Shown here: positions 25,200 to 39,910 of the stretch, piece by piece
How the letters are laid out: every line of letters starts with the position of its first letter
Position numbering within the stretch: position 1 is the stretch's first letter
Assembly: GCF_006345805.1 (NCBI RefSeq)
Contig: NC_043013.1
Coordinates: 57,474,001 to 57,538,000, forward strand
DNA: 64,000 bases
Direction of reading: 5' to 3'
Source: Octopus sinensis
Taxonomy: Eukaryota
Notes under the pieces: generated by a model
Database searches by the model: none
Told to the model about the DNA's origin: nothing
Seen by the model: the letters and a program-made list of their open reading frames with translations, nothing else
Translations under genes and position numbers: made by a program

Positions 25200-25750
25200 G
25201 GTAACAGAAAGTGTCAAATATTTGTAGCATTCATTTGGGGTTTTGAAGTAAGAGAACTTTCATAAAGTCTCTTACAGAGGAATATGGGTCTATGTCTACT
25301 GCCTGCAGTATAGTTCTCTTTTTTGCATATTGAGGTGCATTATTCCCAGATGGTTGCAGATTCCTGTAGTTTTGTCTTTTAAATAATCGATTTGGCTAAG
25401 CAATACTTCCACGTCGGGACTCCACTCAATTTTTTCGACTAATTCAGTTATCAGAATTTGGTCGTCGGCAAATATAGTTTCTATAGAAAATCGTTCTTGA
25501 GCTCCCGTTATATCTGAGACGTAACAAGGCTTTTAAGAATGAATCATTCCATCCTTTTAATGACATCCAACATTATCTTGTGCATCCTTCATTTTTTTAG
25601 ATGGTAACATACGACTTAAGAGTCATTTGCTTGTTATTTTGTGTACATCCAGTGACTGAGCTATTCCCCGTAGACGTGGATTCATTCCTTTCCTTTCTGG
25701 ATCGGCCACATTTCCGTGATTGACTGTCAAAACTTTAGCTTTTTGCCTTG
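25200..25750 (-). mobile_element. Very old non-LTR RT relic
   Basis: Minus-strand fragments LRGIAQ, TIFADDQILI and ECYKYL occur in the order of RT motifs, but with many stops. Confidence 0.35.
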
Positions 25751-26596
25751 GTTCTTGCTGGTTAATCCTAATATAACTCTGTTCAGAATCCTGATGCGTA
25801 TCTCAGGATTAATATCAGTTAAATTTCCTTTTTTCCAGATTTATTATGAAGGAGGATATGAACTGTAGCTCCCATGATTTTGCAGATAATAAGGCGGTGA
25901 GCCAGCAGCATTCTTAGTGTGTCGCACAAATGCTTAGCGCCATCTCTGCTCAGTCAGTTTAATTATATACTCTTCACTACCCAAAGTGTTAACACCTGTT
26001 TTCTAAACCCCCTTCTTTTAGGTTCACTTTCTAAGTAGCACTGCATCATTATCCCGTTTTATTCACTCTATTATCTATTATCTGCTTACTCTGTATAAGG
26101 GTAACAGCTGTGGTCAATCTGCATCTTTACTGAACCACTGAAGAGGGAGAGGCCTTCCCTTAGAGGTTCAGCTTCATTTCCGCTTTTACAACCAGAGTTT
26201 CTACGGGAACTCCTGTCTCTCATCATCTGAAATAAGGTAATTTTCCTCACCAACGTCATCGCCACTATTATTTTTTGGCATCCGATAGTTTCAAGCAACT
26301 TTCTGTTGCATCACTTGTTGCACCTTTGTACTGGTGAGGTGATGAGTGCTGCCTTTTTCGTGCTGGGGGATATTGTATTGCATCAGTATGCTGGTTGGAG
26401 ACTTCTGCTTTCTATTGCGTTGTTTGTTCAGCGAAGGTTGTGTTCTTCTGTTGGGTATCAGATTTTCATGACACATGTGAGCTTTGTTGTTTTTATTTTT
26501 TGGTATTTACTGTATGAGTTTATTCCTGTATGCTTTTGAAGTGTGTGTAAATCATAAACTAATATTATTTTAATTTTTTAATTATTATTATTATTA

Positions 26597-27470
26597 CTAG
26601 TACATGTCCCGTTAATAAGGAAACAAACAATGCTATGTTTAGAATAACATTTCAATTTAATTCAACTATTGTTTGAGAAATACACAAAAGATATAATTTG
26701 ATAATATTTACATATTTTTATTTATGCAAATACTTTACGAAATCAGTAATAAAATAACAAAGAAAATACTAAGCAAGTCTCTACTTTTTACATATCAATA
26801 TTTATACTCTTTCCGTGTAGACAACGTTACATGTAAGTTTTCTTAACGTTTTTATTATGACGTCTACTTGTTCCTGATCTAGTAAATTCTTTTTGATCAG
26901 CAAATATTTTAAGATTCACTGGATCCCCAACCTTACTAAGAGCGACATATAACCGGCCATGAGTAAATACGGGCGCAGGCATGTAGATGCTGCGCTTAGA
27001 AAGGCTTTGTCTTTGACTTTTGTTTATAGACATCACGAAAGCAGGTCTCACTGGAAATTGGCGTCTTTTCAAACTGAAGGGTAAATCGGTATCAGATGGT
27101 TGCAGAATAATGCAAGGAATCAAAAGTGTGCGTCCTGCATCAACACCAGCTATTTTATTTGCAGTGATCATATTATCTAAGCCGATAACACTCTATAACA
27201 TGCGCCATTGCAGTGCATATATCTCTGATCTAAGTTTTTTAGCAACATTATAGTTTGATAATGTGAGGTGGCATACTACATATTAAGAGAATTCAGAAAT
27301 TCAGGAGGGTACAGTGCAAATTGTTGATCTTCTGCAACAGAATCAATACTCCTCAGAGAATATGTCTCACTTGAAATTTTCTGGATTATGTGGTTATTTA
27401 GATTGCCAACTTCTTCATTCTTTGTTGTTAGTATTGCTCGGGATGATAACCATTGGGCATTGTTCTATTT
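26597..27470 (-). mobile_element. Helitron 3' fragment (PIF1-like helicase C-terminus and CTAG terminus)
   Basis: RAILTTKNEEV..SIDSV..YPPEFLNSL..MPPH and RRQFPVRPAFVMSINKSQRQSL..HGRLYVALSKV. The 3' end is ..TATTAACGGGACATGTACTAG|T, with a decayed subterminal hairpin. Confidence 0.9.
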
Positions 27471-29905
27471 AACCTCTAACTCTTCATAGTCATGATGATT
27501 GGCCAAATCCTCCTTGCTGTTGACTTGAAATTGCTGAGGAATCTGTATTACATCATCATATAATTGTCAAACATAATAATGAGACAGGCGACTGTATTAT
27601 GATGACAATATTTGTATCTTATTTACACAGCGCCATGTATGAAAATAACCAAACTTCCTCACCAACATCCACATACATGCTTACACACACACGCACGCGC
27701 ACACACATACCTGTTGTTTTTATGTGACTCACAGATAGGAATGAACGAAAGAAGAACATTAAAAAGTATAACGAATACGTTGAGAGAGCTATTGAAACGG
27801 TATTCACATGTAACGGTAAATATTAAGAATTAAGTATCTGTAACAAAGGGGCCCGAAAATTTGACGATGATGTGTTGGTCAAGCACGTTGGATCCTTGAA
27901 AATCAGCATATGATTTTAAATGTGTACATTTGTTGACAATATGCTTAACCTTGTGAAATTACTGCTGAGGAAAATGTGTGACAGATGTGAGAGAAAGGGC
28001 AATCAGTAAATGTGGTAGACATGACACTTAGACAGATTAATCAAGTGTGAGTAGATGAATGTCAGTGTGAAACGAATGAGTCGGGGGAGAAAGGAAAGAT
28101 GCTTACAGTAGATTTCGTTTGACCCAGTGACATCGTTTCTCGTTCAGCCCCCCCCCCCGCCTCCTCAACCGTCTGCAACACGCTGTCACGATATCTAGGA
28201 GGGAACTGACCCCTTTGATGGTCAGCGACTGCATATTTATAACAGTCTGCAGTCGATAGAAAGATGGTCAAGATCCGGTTCGGCTGAACCTAATTTCACC
28301 AAGCTGGTTATTAAAAACTCATCAATCATTGCGTTAATTGATTGGGGAAAGAAGTTTTTCCCGCCGCAAATTGATTTGGCGGGGGAAAGTGCGATCAGTA
28401 ATTCTGAGATGCGGTCTCAAATCTTAAGCGATAGAACTAATATTCGTTCTTTATATGAGCCTTATCACTCGGCAAGAACTTAAAACAAACTTGAAGAAAG
28501 AAAAGAAATTTCGTTTTTTTCTTGTTTTCTCCTTTTACCATTATCAAAGCAAATATTTCATTCAAAACGATGGATTATATTTCAGTTACAATTTATATGA
28601 AATAAAATTTCAAAACAGTCTGCGTGTCTGTAAGGATATATTTTACGTATATATATACGGCCGGCTTTTTCAGTTCCTATCTACAAATTTTACTCGCAGT
28701 TATAAACACAAGTCACCTGCCGAAATATTCTACGCAGTGGGGCGAGACTCTAAGGCGATTTCGTAGTGAATCTTCTTATAATACAACCATTCCTGCGCCT
28801 AAGAAACTCTGTGAGTGGACATTGTAATTTTTCATTGATAATAACTGTTGAGTTACATTCCACAGTTTTATGATTTAATTTTTGTCTGTGCGATAAAGTT
28901 TTATATAAAACATTGCAGGAAAGCATTTTTTTACCTTTAGATACATAATCACGAGCCTTATTGCAGCAGACAGGTTTGAGTTCTCCGGCGAAATGTTATT
29001 TCCCTCGCTGATTCAATTTGTGGCAGGAAATATTCGTGTTAATAGCTGCAGGTTTAACAGCGACATCTTTAAAGTGTTTTCCAAAAGGACATGGATATTA
29101 TACAAATACAAGCTGTTTTCTTTTAATCACTTTGACAATGTTTAAATAATGTTATGATAGCACAGAGATTATAATAGTTATCAAAATCTAATGCCTATTC
29201 ATTCAAAACGGCACTCTATCATGGTGATGCTTAATATGAAATTCCTGGCACTCCAAACTCTGTGGAAAATGGCAAATTATGTGGTATCTATTTCTCCTCT
29301 AATGACACTAAGCTGGTGCGTCTGACTTAATGCTAATGTCTATTTTCATTGCTCTCCTTCTCTCACGCCCTCCACCACACTCTTCCCTCCCCAGTAACAC
29401 GCACTTACGCCATTATCATGCATCTCTACTTTTCTCTCGCTCTCATTTTCTCAGTCTCCTTTCTCTCTCTTTTCCCCTCTCTATTAGTTTCCTATTATTG
29501 GTTCACATTACCTTAATGTTACTATGTCTACCAATCATAAACTGTCTATGACCTACTTTGGTTAATAGTTGCTTCCATATATATATATATATATATGTAT
29601 ATCAGATGGAGGGAGAGAGAGAGATTTTGGGGTTTTATATCAGGTATGACGAGAAATAAAATAATAGATTAGAGCGATGCCAACGGACAAATTGTCGATT
29701 TACTAGAATTCTGATGTAAATGGTGATAAGGAAGTGTTTATAACTAGATGCAGAACGAATATCTAAGAGTACTTAATTGACACAGAACAGTTTTCCGTTC
29801 TTACAGATATGTTTACAGTATTAGTTTATATATAAACATACATATATATACATATATTTAAATGTATGTATATATATATATATATATATATAACTATATA
29901 TATAT

Positions 29906-29967
<62 letters not shown>

Positions 29968-29968
29968 T

Positions 29969-30335
29969 AGCCGCAGGAATGGCTGTGTGGTAAGTAGCTT
30001 CCTTACCAACCACATGGTTCCGGGTTCAGTCCCGCTGCGTGGCACCTTGGGCAAGTGTCTTCTGCTATAGCCTCGGAACGACCAAAGCCTTGTGAATGGA
30101 ATATGAGACGGAAACTGAAAGAAGCCCGTTGTATATATGTGTGTGTGTGTGTGTGTGTGTATGTCTGTGTTGACAACCAACAATGCTGGTGTGTTTACGA
30201 CCCCGTCACCTAGCGGTTCGGCAAGGAAGACCGATAGAATAAGTACTAGGCTTACAAAGGTTAAGTCCTGGGGTCCATTTGCTCCAGCATGGCAAGAGCC
30301 AAATGACTGAAACAAATAACAGAATAATAGAATAA
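29969..30335 (+). mobile_element. tRNA-derived SINE, near full length
   Basis: GCAGGAATGGCTGTGTGGTAAG (A box), GGGTTCAGTCCC (B-box-like), CCTTGGGCAAGTGTCTT core-like segment, internal (TG)n. Aligns with 55671-56075. Confidence 0.9.
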
Positions 30336-30353
30336 TACACATATACACATGTA

Positions 30354-30396
<43 letters not shown>

Positions 30397-30427
30397 ATAT
30401 ATATATATTTATATATATATATATACA

Positions 30428-30463
<36 letters not shown>

Positions 30464-30471
30464 CATGTATG

Positions 30472-30502
<31 letters not shown>

Positions 30503-30814
30503 ATACATATATATATATTATATATATATATATGTATGTATACGTTCATATATGTAAGTATTCGTATGTTGTATACATATATGTATATATTTGTATTTAT
30601 GTGCTATCTGATGAAGGCAAAGCATTTCTCATGCAGAGCCAGAAATCCGGGATCTGAAATTATCCAGTATTTTTTTTTTGTTAGTTTTTTTCTTTATTTG
30701 CCTTTTCTCTTGGTGCTGTGTGAATATTTAATGTGGTTTTAGAGTCAAGTTTTGGCTGCTATAACTAGCATGGTGGTATATCTTAGATACCCTTAATTAT
30801 AATTTTATATATAT

Positions 30815-30845
<31 letters not shown>

Positions 30846-30866
30846 CATACCTACACACACATATAT

Positions 30867-30902
<36 letters not shown>

Positions 30903-31688
30903 CAGGGAATAGGATGCGTGGCGTTCGATCATATAATAATATAAATAATATATAAATATATCTACATATATGTAGATACTTTCATATATAACCAGAAAGG
31001 ATGAAGAACAAGAGAGGGAGAGAGATAGACAGAGAAGAGATAGTAAAGGTAGAAGAGTTCGGTTCTTCATCCTTTCTGGTTTTCTCCCCCACTCTTTCTT
31101 GTTCTTCTCCTCCCCTATTCACCGTTCCCTCTCTCTCATTCCTCCTCCTCCTCGATTTTCTCGTCGCTGACACGTGACGAAAGATAGTCTTTCTGCCTAC
31201 AACCTTCGAAAAGAAAAATCGTGCTTTACTGTCTCCTTCATTACCTCGTCTTCCTCGCCTTCACAGCATATTATTTCTATCGTTTAGGCTTAACAGCTTT
31301 CACCGTTTGCTTTTACTGTTTTTTTTTCTCATTGTCCTGTTCCTTTTACTGTTTTGTTTTCACTGTGCTACTCTTGTTAGCACTTTCACCCTCCGCAAAA
31401 AATTCCAAATTTTATTTAATTTGCTTTGCGGGAAGGATTGTGTCAATGAAGTCGCGTCTTGTCCTTGCCTTCGAAACTTGATGTCTCGTTTCTCTGTTTG
31501 TTTATTTTTCGTTGTTCGAAAAAAAGTTCGTTTCTATCTTTTTGTTTTTATGTTTTCGTTTCTCATTGTGTTCAAAGTTTTTTGATGTCCTGTATCCATA
31601 TATGCGTGTATACATATGTATATACATGTATAAATATATATGTATATATATGTATATATATTTATGTATATATATATGTATATATATG

Positions 31689-31725
<37 letters not shown>

Positions 31726-31753
31726 AAAAAAGCAACAAGAATGGATCAATATA

Positions 31754-31838
31754 TCGGTACAATTGTTTCGTACGAAGATATCTTTAATAAGGCTACAAAA
31801 ATTGCAGTAAATATAGGTGGCTCGTACTCATCAGCCGA
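31754..31838 (-). ncRNA. Type I hammerhead ribozyme (canonical core)
   Basis: TCGG-CTGATGA-GTACGAG..TTCGTAC-GAAACAATTGT-A-CCGA. Confidence 0.8.
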
Positions 31839-32313
31839 AAAAACACCCGAGATTCTCAAACATCAAAGGGGGTAATGTTACACTCGTGAAACATCATGGA
31901 GAGTTCTATAAAAATGAGAATTTAGATAACAGATTGGTTTCTAAGAGTTCAATTAGTATTACACAGTCATATATCAGGTTATTAAAAAGTTTTTTCAAAA
32001 CATCTTAGTTTTCCAGAAAGTGAAGATAAAAGTGAGTGTGTGAGTTTATCCGTATTGAAGAAAGTTTGATTCCTGGAGATCTGATGAGAGGTATCGTACT
32101 CACAGAATATGTGTTTGTCCATATATAGTTCATAGTAAAGTGTGAATCAAGCTGTGTGAAGATATTTTGAATACAATCGTGCGAAATTTCTCAAAACTAC
32201 TGTGTTATAATCCGAGGAAGAAGCGTAGTCTTATAGTGGAGACGAACAGGCTGCTATAGAAATCTACAAGAACCACAGAGCTAAAGGAAGAATGTTGAAT
32301 TTCGGGTGTTTTT

Positions 32314-32398
32314 TCGGCTGATGAGTACGAACCACCTATATTTACTGCAATGTTTGTAGCCTTATTAAAGATGTCTTCGTACGAAACAATTGTACCGA
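32314..32398 (+). ncRNA. Type I hammerhead ribozyme (canonical core)
   Basis: Stem I TCGG/CCGA, CTGATGA 32318-32324, stem II GTACGAA/TTCGTAC, GAAA 32383-32386, palindromic stem III ACAATTGT, predicted cleavage after GUA at 32394. Confidence 0.82.
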
Positions 32399-32549
32399 TA
32401 TATTGATCCATTCTTGTTGCTTTTTTCCTATTTGTAATCACCCCACTTCGTCGAATGGTTAACATCATACAGATTTCTGGTGCATCCAAGTTAGGTACCA
32501 TATTCATGTGAATTCAATAGAACTCACTTGAATCTTAATTGCTTAAACC

Positions 32550-32990
<441 letters not shown>

Positions 32991-34509
32991 ATAGATTGAT
33001 AACCAATTCGACTCTGCAGCCTTATTTCTGGAGGAATTTGTATAAATATTCCCAACTTGAAGCAAGTATATTCAACACTACTTTGCTGATTTTTCCGTCC
33101 CCCACATTATTTTTCCATCGCGACATTGTGACAATACATCAGAGATAAGTAAAAGACATGGCGACCAAAGGTTAATTACTCTATTAAACATTGAAGCTTT
33201 AAATGGCGAATGGCTGAATCACATTGACATAGTTTCCACTAAAGACTTTAATAACCTGACCAAAAGACAAATTAACAAACTAAAACAAACAGCAAAAATT
33301 AAATACTCATATAAAGAATGAAGCTAATTAAAACAAAGGCAAAAGGAATCAAATGAGGAAATTCTCAAACGCGTAGCATTAAAAATTTATCAGTTATTTG
33401 AGATGTCATATTTATCTTAGACATTTCTAATTAACTATTCTAGATCCTCTAATCTGAAAACTGTTTGCTCTTAAATAATCTACTCTCTCTTTTCCCTCCT
33501 CCCTCACTCCTCTCTCTCCCTCTCTTTCTCCCACTCATTCCCCACTCATTCCTCTCATTCTTTCTTGTCATTTTACTTTATCACACTCTCGTCCTGTATT
33601 CTCTACTTCGCTGTTCTTTCTATATCACACTCTACTATCTTTCTCTCTTATTCCATGATTACTTCATGACTTAGTTTTACTGTTCTCTCTCTCTCTCTCT
33701 CTCTCTCTATTATACTATTCTTTCTAGTTTCCTCATACATACTTCATCAACTCCAACTTACGTTTTACTCTCACAAAATCTACCTCTCTCTGTTCGCGTA
33801 CCTATTTCCATTATACTATGACCACATCTTATTTCCTATCTGTACTTCCTTTCTCTTTCTACTACTCTTTCTTTCATTCGTATTCTCCTGTCCTTATCAG
33901 AGTTATGCTATATATAACAATAAGATAGTTCTGCAAGAGAGAAGAACACTACAGGCCATACGAAGAATACAACCAGAACCAGAAGCAAGAAGATGAAAGA
34001 CGAAGTCACTGTTTCTGAAGCGGTCATTCTGTTCTGGATATCAGCTCGCGTAGATAGATTATGAATAATTCAGAAGGTATAGCAACAAGCTAGAAAATCT
34101 AAAAATATTTGAATTATGGACATCAGTCCAATAATCAAAGAATTTCGCAAACCTTAGTTATGGACATGTTGATCATAAATGACCTGTACAATCGTCTGTA
34201 ATATACAGATGAGCTCCGACATATATCACTAAAATTGTTCTTTGTATCTTTTTTATTCTTGCTCGCTCTGATGATAATCCTCTGACCATCTGGTTCTGCC
34301 TCTAGACCCAATACCTGCATATTTCTTTGATGATACCATCGGAAGATAGAAAAGGATTCTTAAATAGCGATTCATGCAACAAATATCACTCAGAGTTTTT
34401 ATTCTATTTCAGAAATAAAATTTGTATATGATATATGATATAAGATATACACATACATAGATACATATATATGTGTGTGTGTATCAGACTCACACATACA
34501 CAATTAATC

Positions 34510-34549
<40 letters not shown>

Positions 34550-35815
34550 ACATGTACACAATACATACGTGTGTATGTGTATACATATGTGATATGCGAT
34601 ATGATATCATGATATTCATATAAATTTGATTCTTTATATATGAATATATGAATATGATATTTACGAGGAACATACACTGAAATACTTGCAATCAAGAGAC
34701 GTTCAGTTTCGTGGTAAAACAAGGTATGCTATTAAAACATAACAGTGATGTTCATTCGTCGATTTAGTGTTGAATTATTCAACCAGAATATAAATTGCAC
34801 ACTCTATGACAGCACAAAAGAAACCAAAATGACATGCAGTGTTATTGAAGCGCAGATTGTTAAATCATTCCTGTTGCTGAAAGTACTTAGCCTGCTCGTG
34901 TTTTTCGCATATGCAACGCAATACATTGTGTTGAGTACTATAATATCTATGAAGATAAAATATTTATATAAATATGATACTATCGCTGACCAATCTATAA
35001 TGCTTTAAAAACAAACGATATTCGGAGAGAAACATAATCAACTTTGTGCGATCAAATATTTCTTAAAAGTAGTCTATGAAAGCATTAGCATTAAAAGGTT
35101 TAATATCCAATGTAGAGGATGAAAGAAAAATGGCGAAGGTTGTATATAACGATTCTAATACTGACTTTAATTATTCCGTTGGCAAAGAATTGCTACAGTC
35201 TTCAACTAAATGAAGATTGATATCTCCTCATATATAATTACTAGTATTTAGTGCCACTCTACCCAGGTACGATCGACATCTTATAATACCATTTCTACAG
35301 ATCAATATGATTAGAAACCTGCCTCAAGTCTTACAAATCCCATTTTATATGATAGCATGCGTAATTATGATAAATGTAGGGTTTTGTTGTTGCGATTGTG
35401 GTTGTAGATGATCGATTTTAGAATTCTCCTGCTAATATCCTCATCATTCTTCTCTCCATTCCTATCACCGTTATTCCTTCTCCCTACTCCTCTTTCTCTT
35501 CATCCTCAGCATCATCATCGTCATCATCATCACCATCATCATCAACAACATCAACAGCATTATTTATATCCTTATGATCGACATCATCAACACCAGTACC
35601 AGTACCAGATACATGTAAATTAGGACTATTCGATGTTTAATCGCCGCCTCCACCAAACGCACCAACACCAACGCCACCAGGCAGGACCAGTAACAAGAGC
35701 AACGCATTAGCCTCATCTACTGCACCAACGACACAGCAGCGTCTTTCGATGTTCCGTCAACAGATTACAGAAAATAAAAAAAACAGCATATATAAAACCT
35801 CTATCACCATGACCA

Positions 35816-35819
<4 letters not shown>

Positions 35820-35858
<39 letters not shown>

Positions 35859-35995
35859 TAATAATGATAATGACAAGAACAATAGCAACAACAATAGTAA
35901 TAACGAGGAATAGTAACAACAAAAGTAGTAGTAGCAGTAGTTGTTGTTGTAGCAGCAACAGCAGCAACAACAACAGCAACAAAAGCAAGAACAAT
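35820..35995. repeat. Compound trinucleotide arrays (AAT, AAC, AGT, AGC)
   Basis: Direct reading; these explain ORFs 35713-35994 and 35864-36067. Confidence 0.9.
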
Positions 35996-36469
35996 CGATT
36001 ATTCCGTAATAATGTTAAGATACATCATTTCTATTATGAGGTGGCCATTACTTGTTTCTCGACATAATCCCTGTTTAGTTAAACTGCAATGTGCCTCGCC
36101 TTGCCTGGCCTCCCGTTGCCTTGATGTGCATTAATATTAATGTAAGATAGAACAAGCAGATAGGACAAGAATATTTCAACAAGAATTTACTGGAGATCTT
36201 TCAGATAAGAAACGGAAGAGAAATATAGACACTGGATACGGTTGATCGATTAAGTAGGTCAGCTGTGGCTAAGATTTAAGATAGACGTCATGCATGCATA
36301 AATGAATACACATGTATGTGTCTCTAAATGTATGTGTGTGTGTGTGTAAATGTACAACTATGTAGAGAGACAGCTGCGAATATATGCAAACACACTCATA
36401 AATATCAATGCATGTCTGTATGCACATGTATTATTTATTTATTTATTCATGTGGTATCAGATATTCAGA

Positions 36470-37470
<1,001 letters not shown>

Positions 37471-37736
37471 GATATGTAAGCCTATGGGTGGATAATGAGC
37501 ATTATCAGATCCATTTAAATCTCGCAGATCTTAAATTTCAAAATGAAATCGATATTTTTCTGATCTGCGAGAGTTACGAATTGTTTTGAAACTAGCATTT
37601 CCCATTATTAACTTTCCTATTTACGACAAAGTTTGATGTGTACACACACACACACACATATATACATACATATATGTGTACACACACACACATATATATA
37701 TATATACTCTTTACTTGTTTCAGTCATTTATATATA

Positions 37737-37780
<44 letters not shown>

Positions 37781-37856
37781 TTATATTTTATATATATATA
37801 TACATATATATATACAAACATACGTGTGTTCGTGTGCGTGTGTGTATATGAGTATT

Positions 37857-37890
<34 letters not shown>

Positions 37891-38471
37891 AACAACTATG
37901 CACATATTCACACGTGTATACATTCCTTGACATAAACATATAACTGTATGTGTGCATGGCTGTTGTATATGTATATGAACCGAACGGCATCATTGTGTAC
38001 AATATTTATCAACAAAATTTCATATCCGTGTTTGTAAAAAAAAAAATTATGTTAAATATTTTAACAAATTTTACGGCGTATCAAATGAATACAAACATTA
38101 CAGAAAGTAAATAGAAATATATACATGTGTATATATATATATATATATATATGAGCGTATGCATATATTTTCGTATGTATGTATGTGTACTTTTTATGCA
38201 TGCGTGTGTGTGTAACTGCGTGTATATCTTTGTGCGTTTATTCTTTATTTTTCTTTCTCATTTGTTACAAATAAAGAGAGTTAAAGGAAGTGTATGAAAC
38301 GGCTGATTCCAATCTTATAAAGTTGGTAGGCTTATTATGAGAAAACATGAACGTTTCAACGAGAATTGTTAATATATATGATACAGGAGTCATACATGCA
38401 TATATATACACACAGACACACACACACACACACACACATACACTCATCGATATGTATGTTTGTATGTATAT

Positions 38472-39017
38472 CAGGTCACTTTCGAGTGCTACTGGTAACA
38501 TGAAACCTAGAACAACCTGTTGCATGGTCGGGTCGTCGGCGACTAAACCGGCAACCCCACCAAGCTTGCTTGGTGAGGAGGGTATTTATTAGACACCCTG
38601 CGGAATGAAAAACAAAACCCGTCAAAGGGCGGAGGAACTCTTGAGAGTCAACGGCCGTCCAATAAATGTCTTAAGGCTGTATCATGCGCGGGGACATAGA
38701 AATAATCGGACTGAATACCCGATCGCGTGGTTAAACTATTGGGAGTGAAGGACTCCTAGCCATTGTTAGGGCATCCTTCTAGGAGAAGGTAACTCAGGAA
38801 ACTGGGATAACTCCGACATAAACTGCGGCTCAGTGGTTACCGATGATGTCGACTTGTTCTTCTTTTCGGATTATGGCTGCTGTTGCTTAGAGAGTGAGAT
38901 TGACTCAGTGCACAGCCTTTCCACACGTTAAAAAGAATCTTCTTGCACAGGCATTGCACGATAACAACATTGATTAAGCTTCGTGAAATGGCCATCCTCG
39001 ATAACGAGGGGGCAGCC
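38472..39017 (+). mobile_element. Bipartite non-autonomous RTE derivative (5' UTR-like segment fused to RTE 3' end)
   Basis: Last 44 bp (38974-39017) match the 3' end of the RTE at 54879-54922 at 41 of 44 positions, followed by (TA)n. No RT-coding sequence in between. The 5' part resembles RTE/BovB-type 5' UTRs, from memory. Confidence 0.7.
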
Positions 39018-39023
39018 ACCACC

Positions 39024-39099
<76 letters not shown>

Positions 39100-39641
39100 T
39101 GTAGCTATTTAAACAGTCGTATTTTCCTTTTTCCAAGACTATTATTCTGATATACCGGAAGAGACTTAAACTAGAGACCCTTATATATTCCCTTCGTGGA
39201 GTTTGGCTGAGTTTCTCTTCTAATACTTAATTTCCAGTCGTAACTGTGTGAAGTAGCTTTGTGGTTAATATGTTTACTTCAACATCATATTGTATCGTGT
39301 TTTTGTTACAATGTGTAAGTGCCTATTTCTATAACATTCTGTTGGCCAATTATCTTAGGATAAAAATTACCTAGAAGGAATCAAAGCCTGCTTTTTTATG
39401 CGAGTCTTGGCGGTTAAAGCGATAGACATATGGTCGTATACCAGTGCTTTTCACATCTGGGCCGATCAGTGAATTGTAGTACTGAAAAATCACTTCATAT
39501 CATTAAGTTCCAGCCTCCACAAGTGAGCATAAATACCACCTGGCAACTGGTGCAACACTGTCCATCTAGCATTTCCAGCTTTGATGTTTCGGTAGAAAGA
39601 GAGTGGGATGTCACAGGGGTAGCTTTCTTCGTCTGTCTGTG

Positions 39642-39642
<1 letters not shown>

Positions 39643-39719
<77 letters not shown>

Positions 39720-39720
39720 C

Positions 39721-39794
<74 letters not shown>

Positions 39795-39825
39795 ATCTAT
39801 CTATCTCTCTATCTATCTATCTTTC

Positions 39826-39907
<82 letters not shown>

Positions 39908-39910
39908 CGA
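39643..39910. repeat. (TATC)n plus (TA)n array
   Basis: Direct reading. Confidence 0.95.

Larger units (their letters stand above)
31721..32548 (+). mobile_element. Solo PLE pseudo-LTR with inverted 135-bp partial copy, between (TA)n arrays
   Basis: Arms 31721-31855 and 32297-32431 each contain a canonical hammerhead. Both ends abut (TA)n. Confidence 0.8.

Noticed and set aside
26075-26510. GC-richer segment with several short ORFs
   Set aside because: No RT, endonuclease or transposase motif in the three minus-strand frames I read; probably an old repeat, but unassignable.
30607-30660. CTGATGAAGGC..GCCAGAAAT hammerhead-like string (similar decayed string at 31440-31485)
   Set aside because: Stem I and stem III could not be formed, so it is too degenerate to call.
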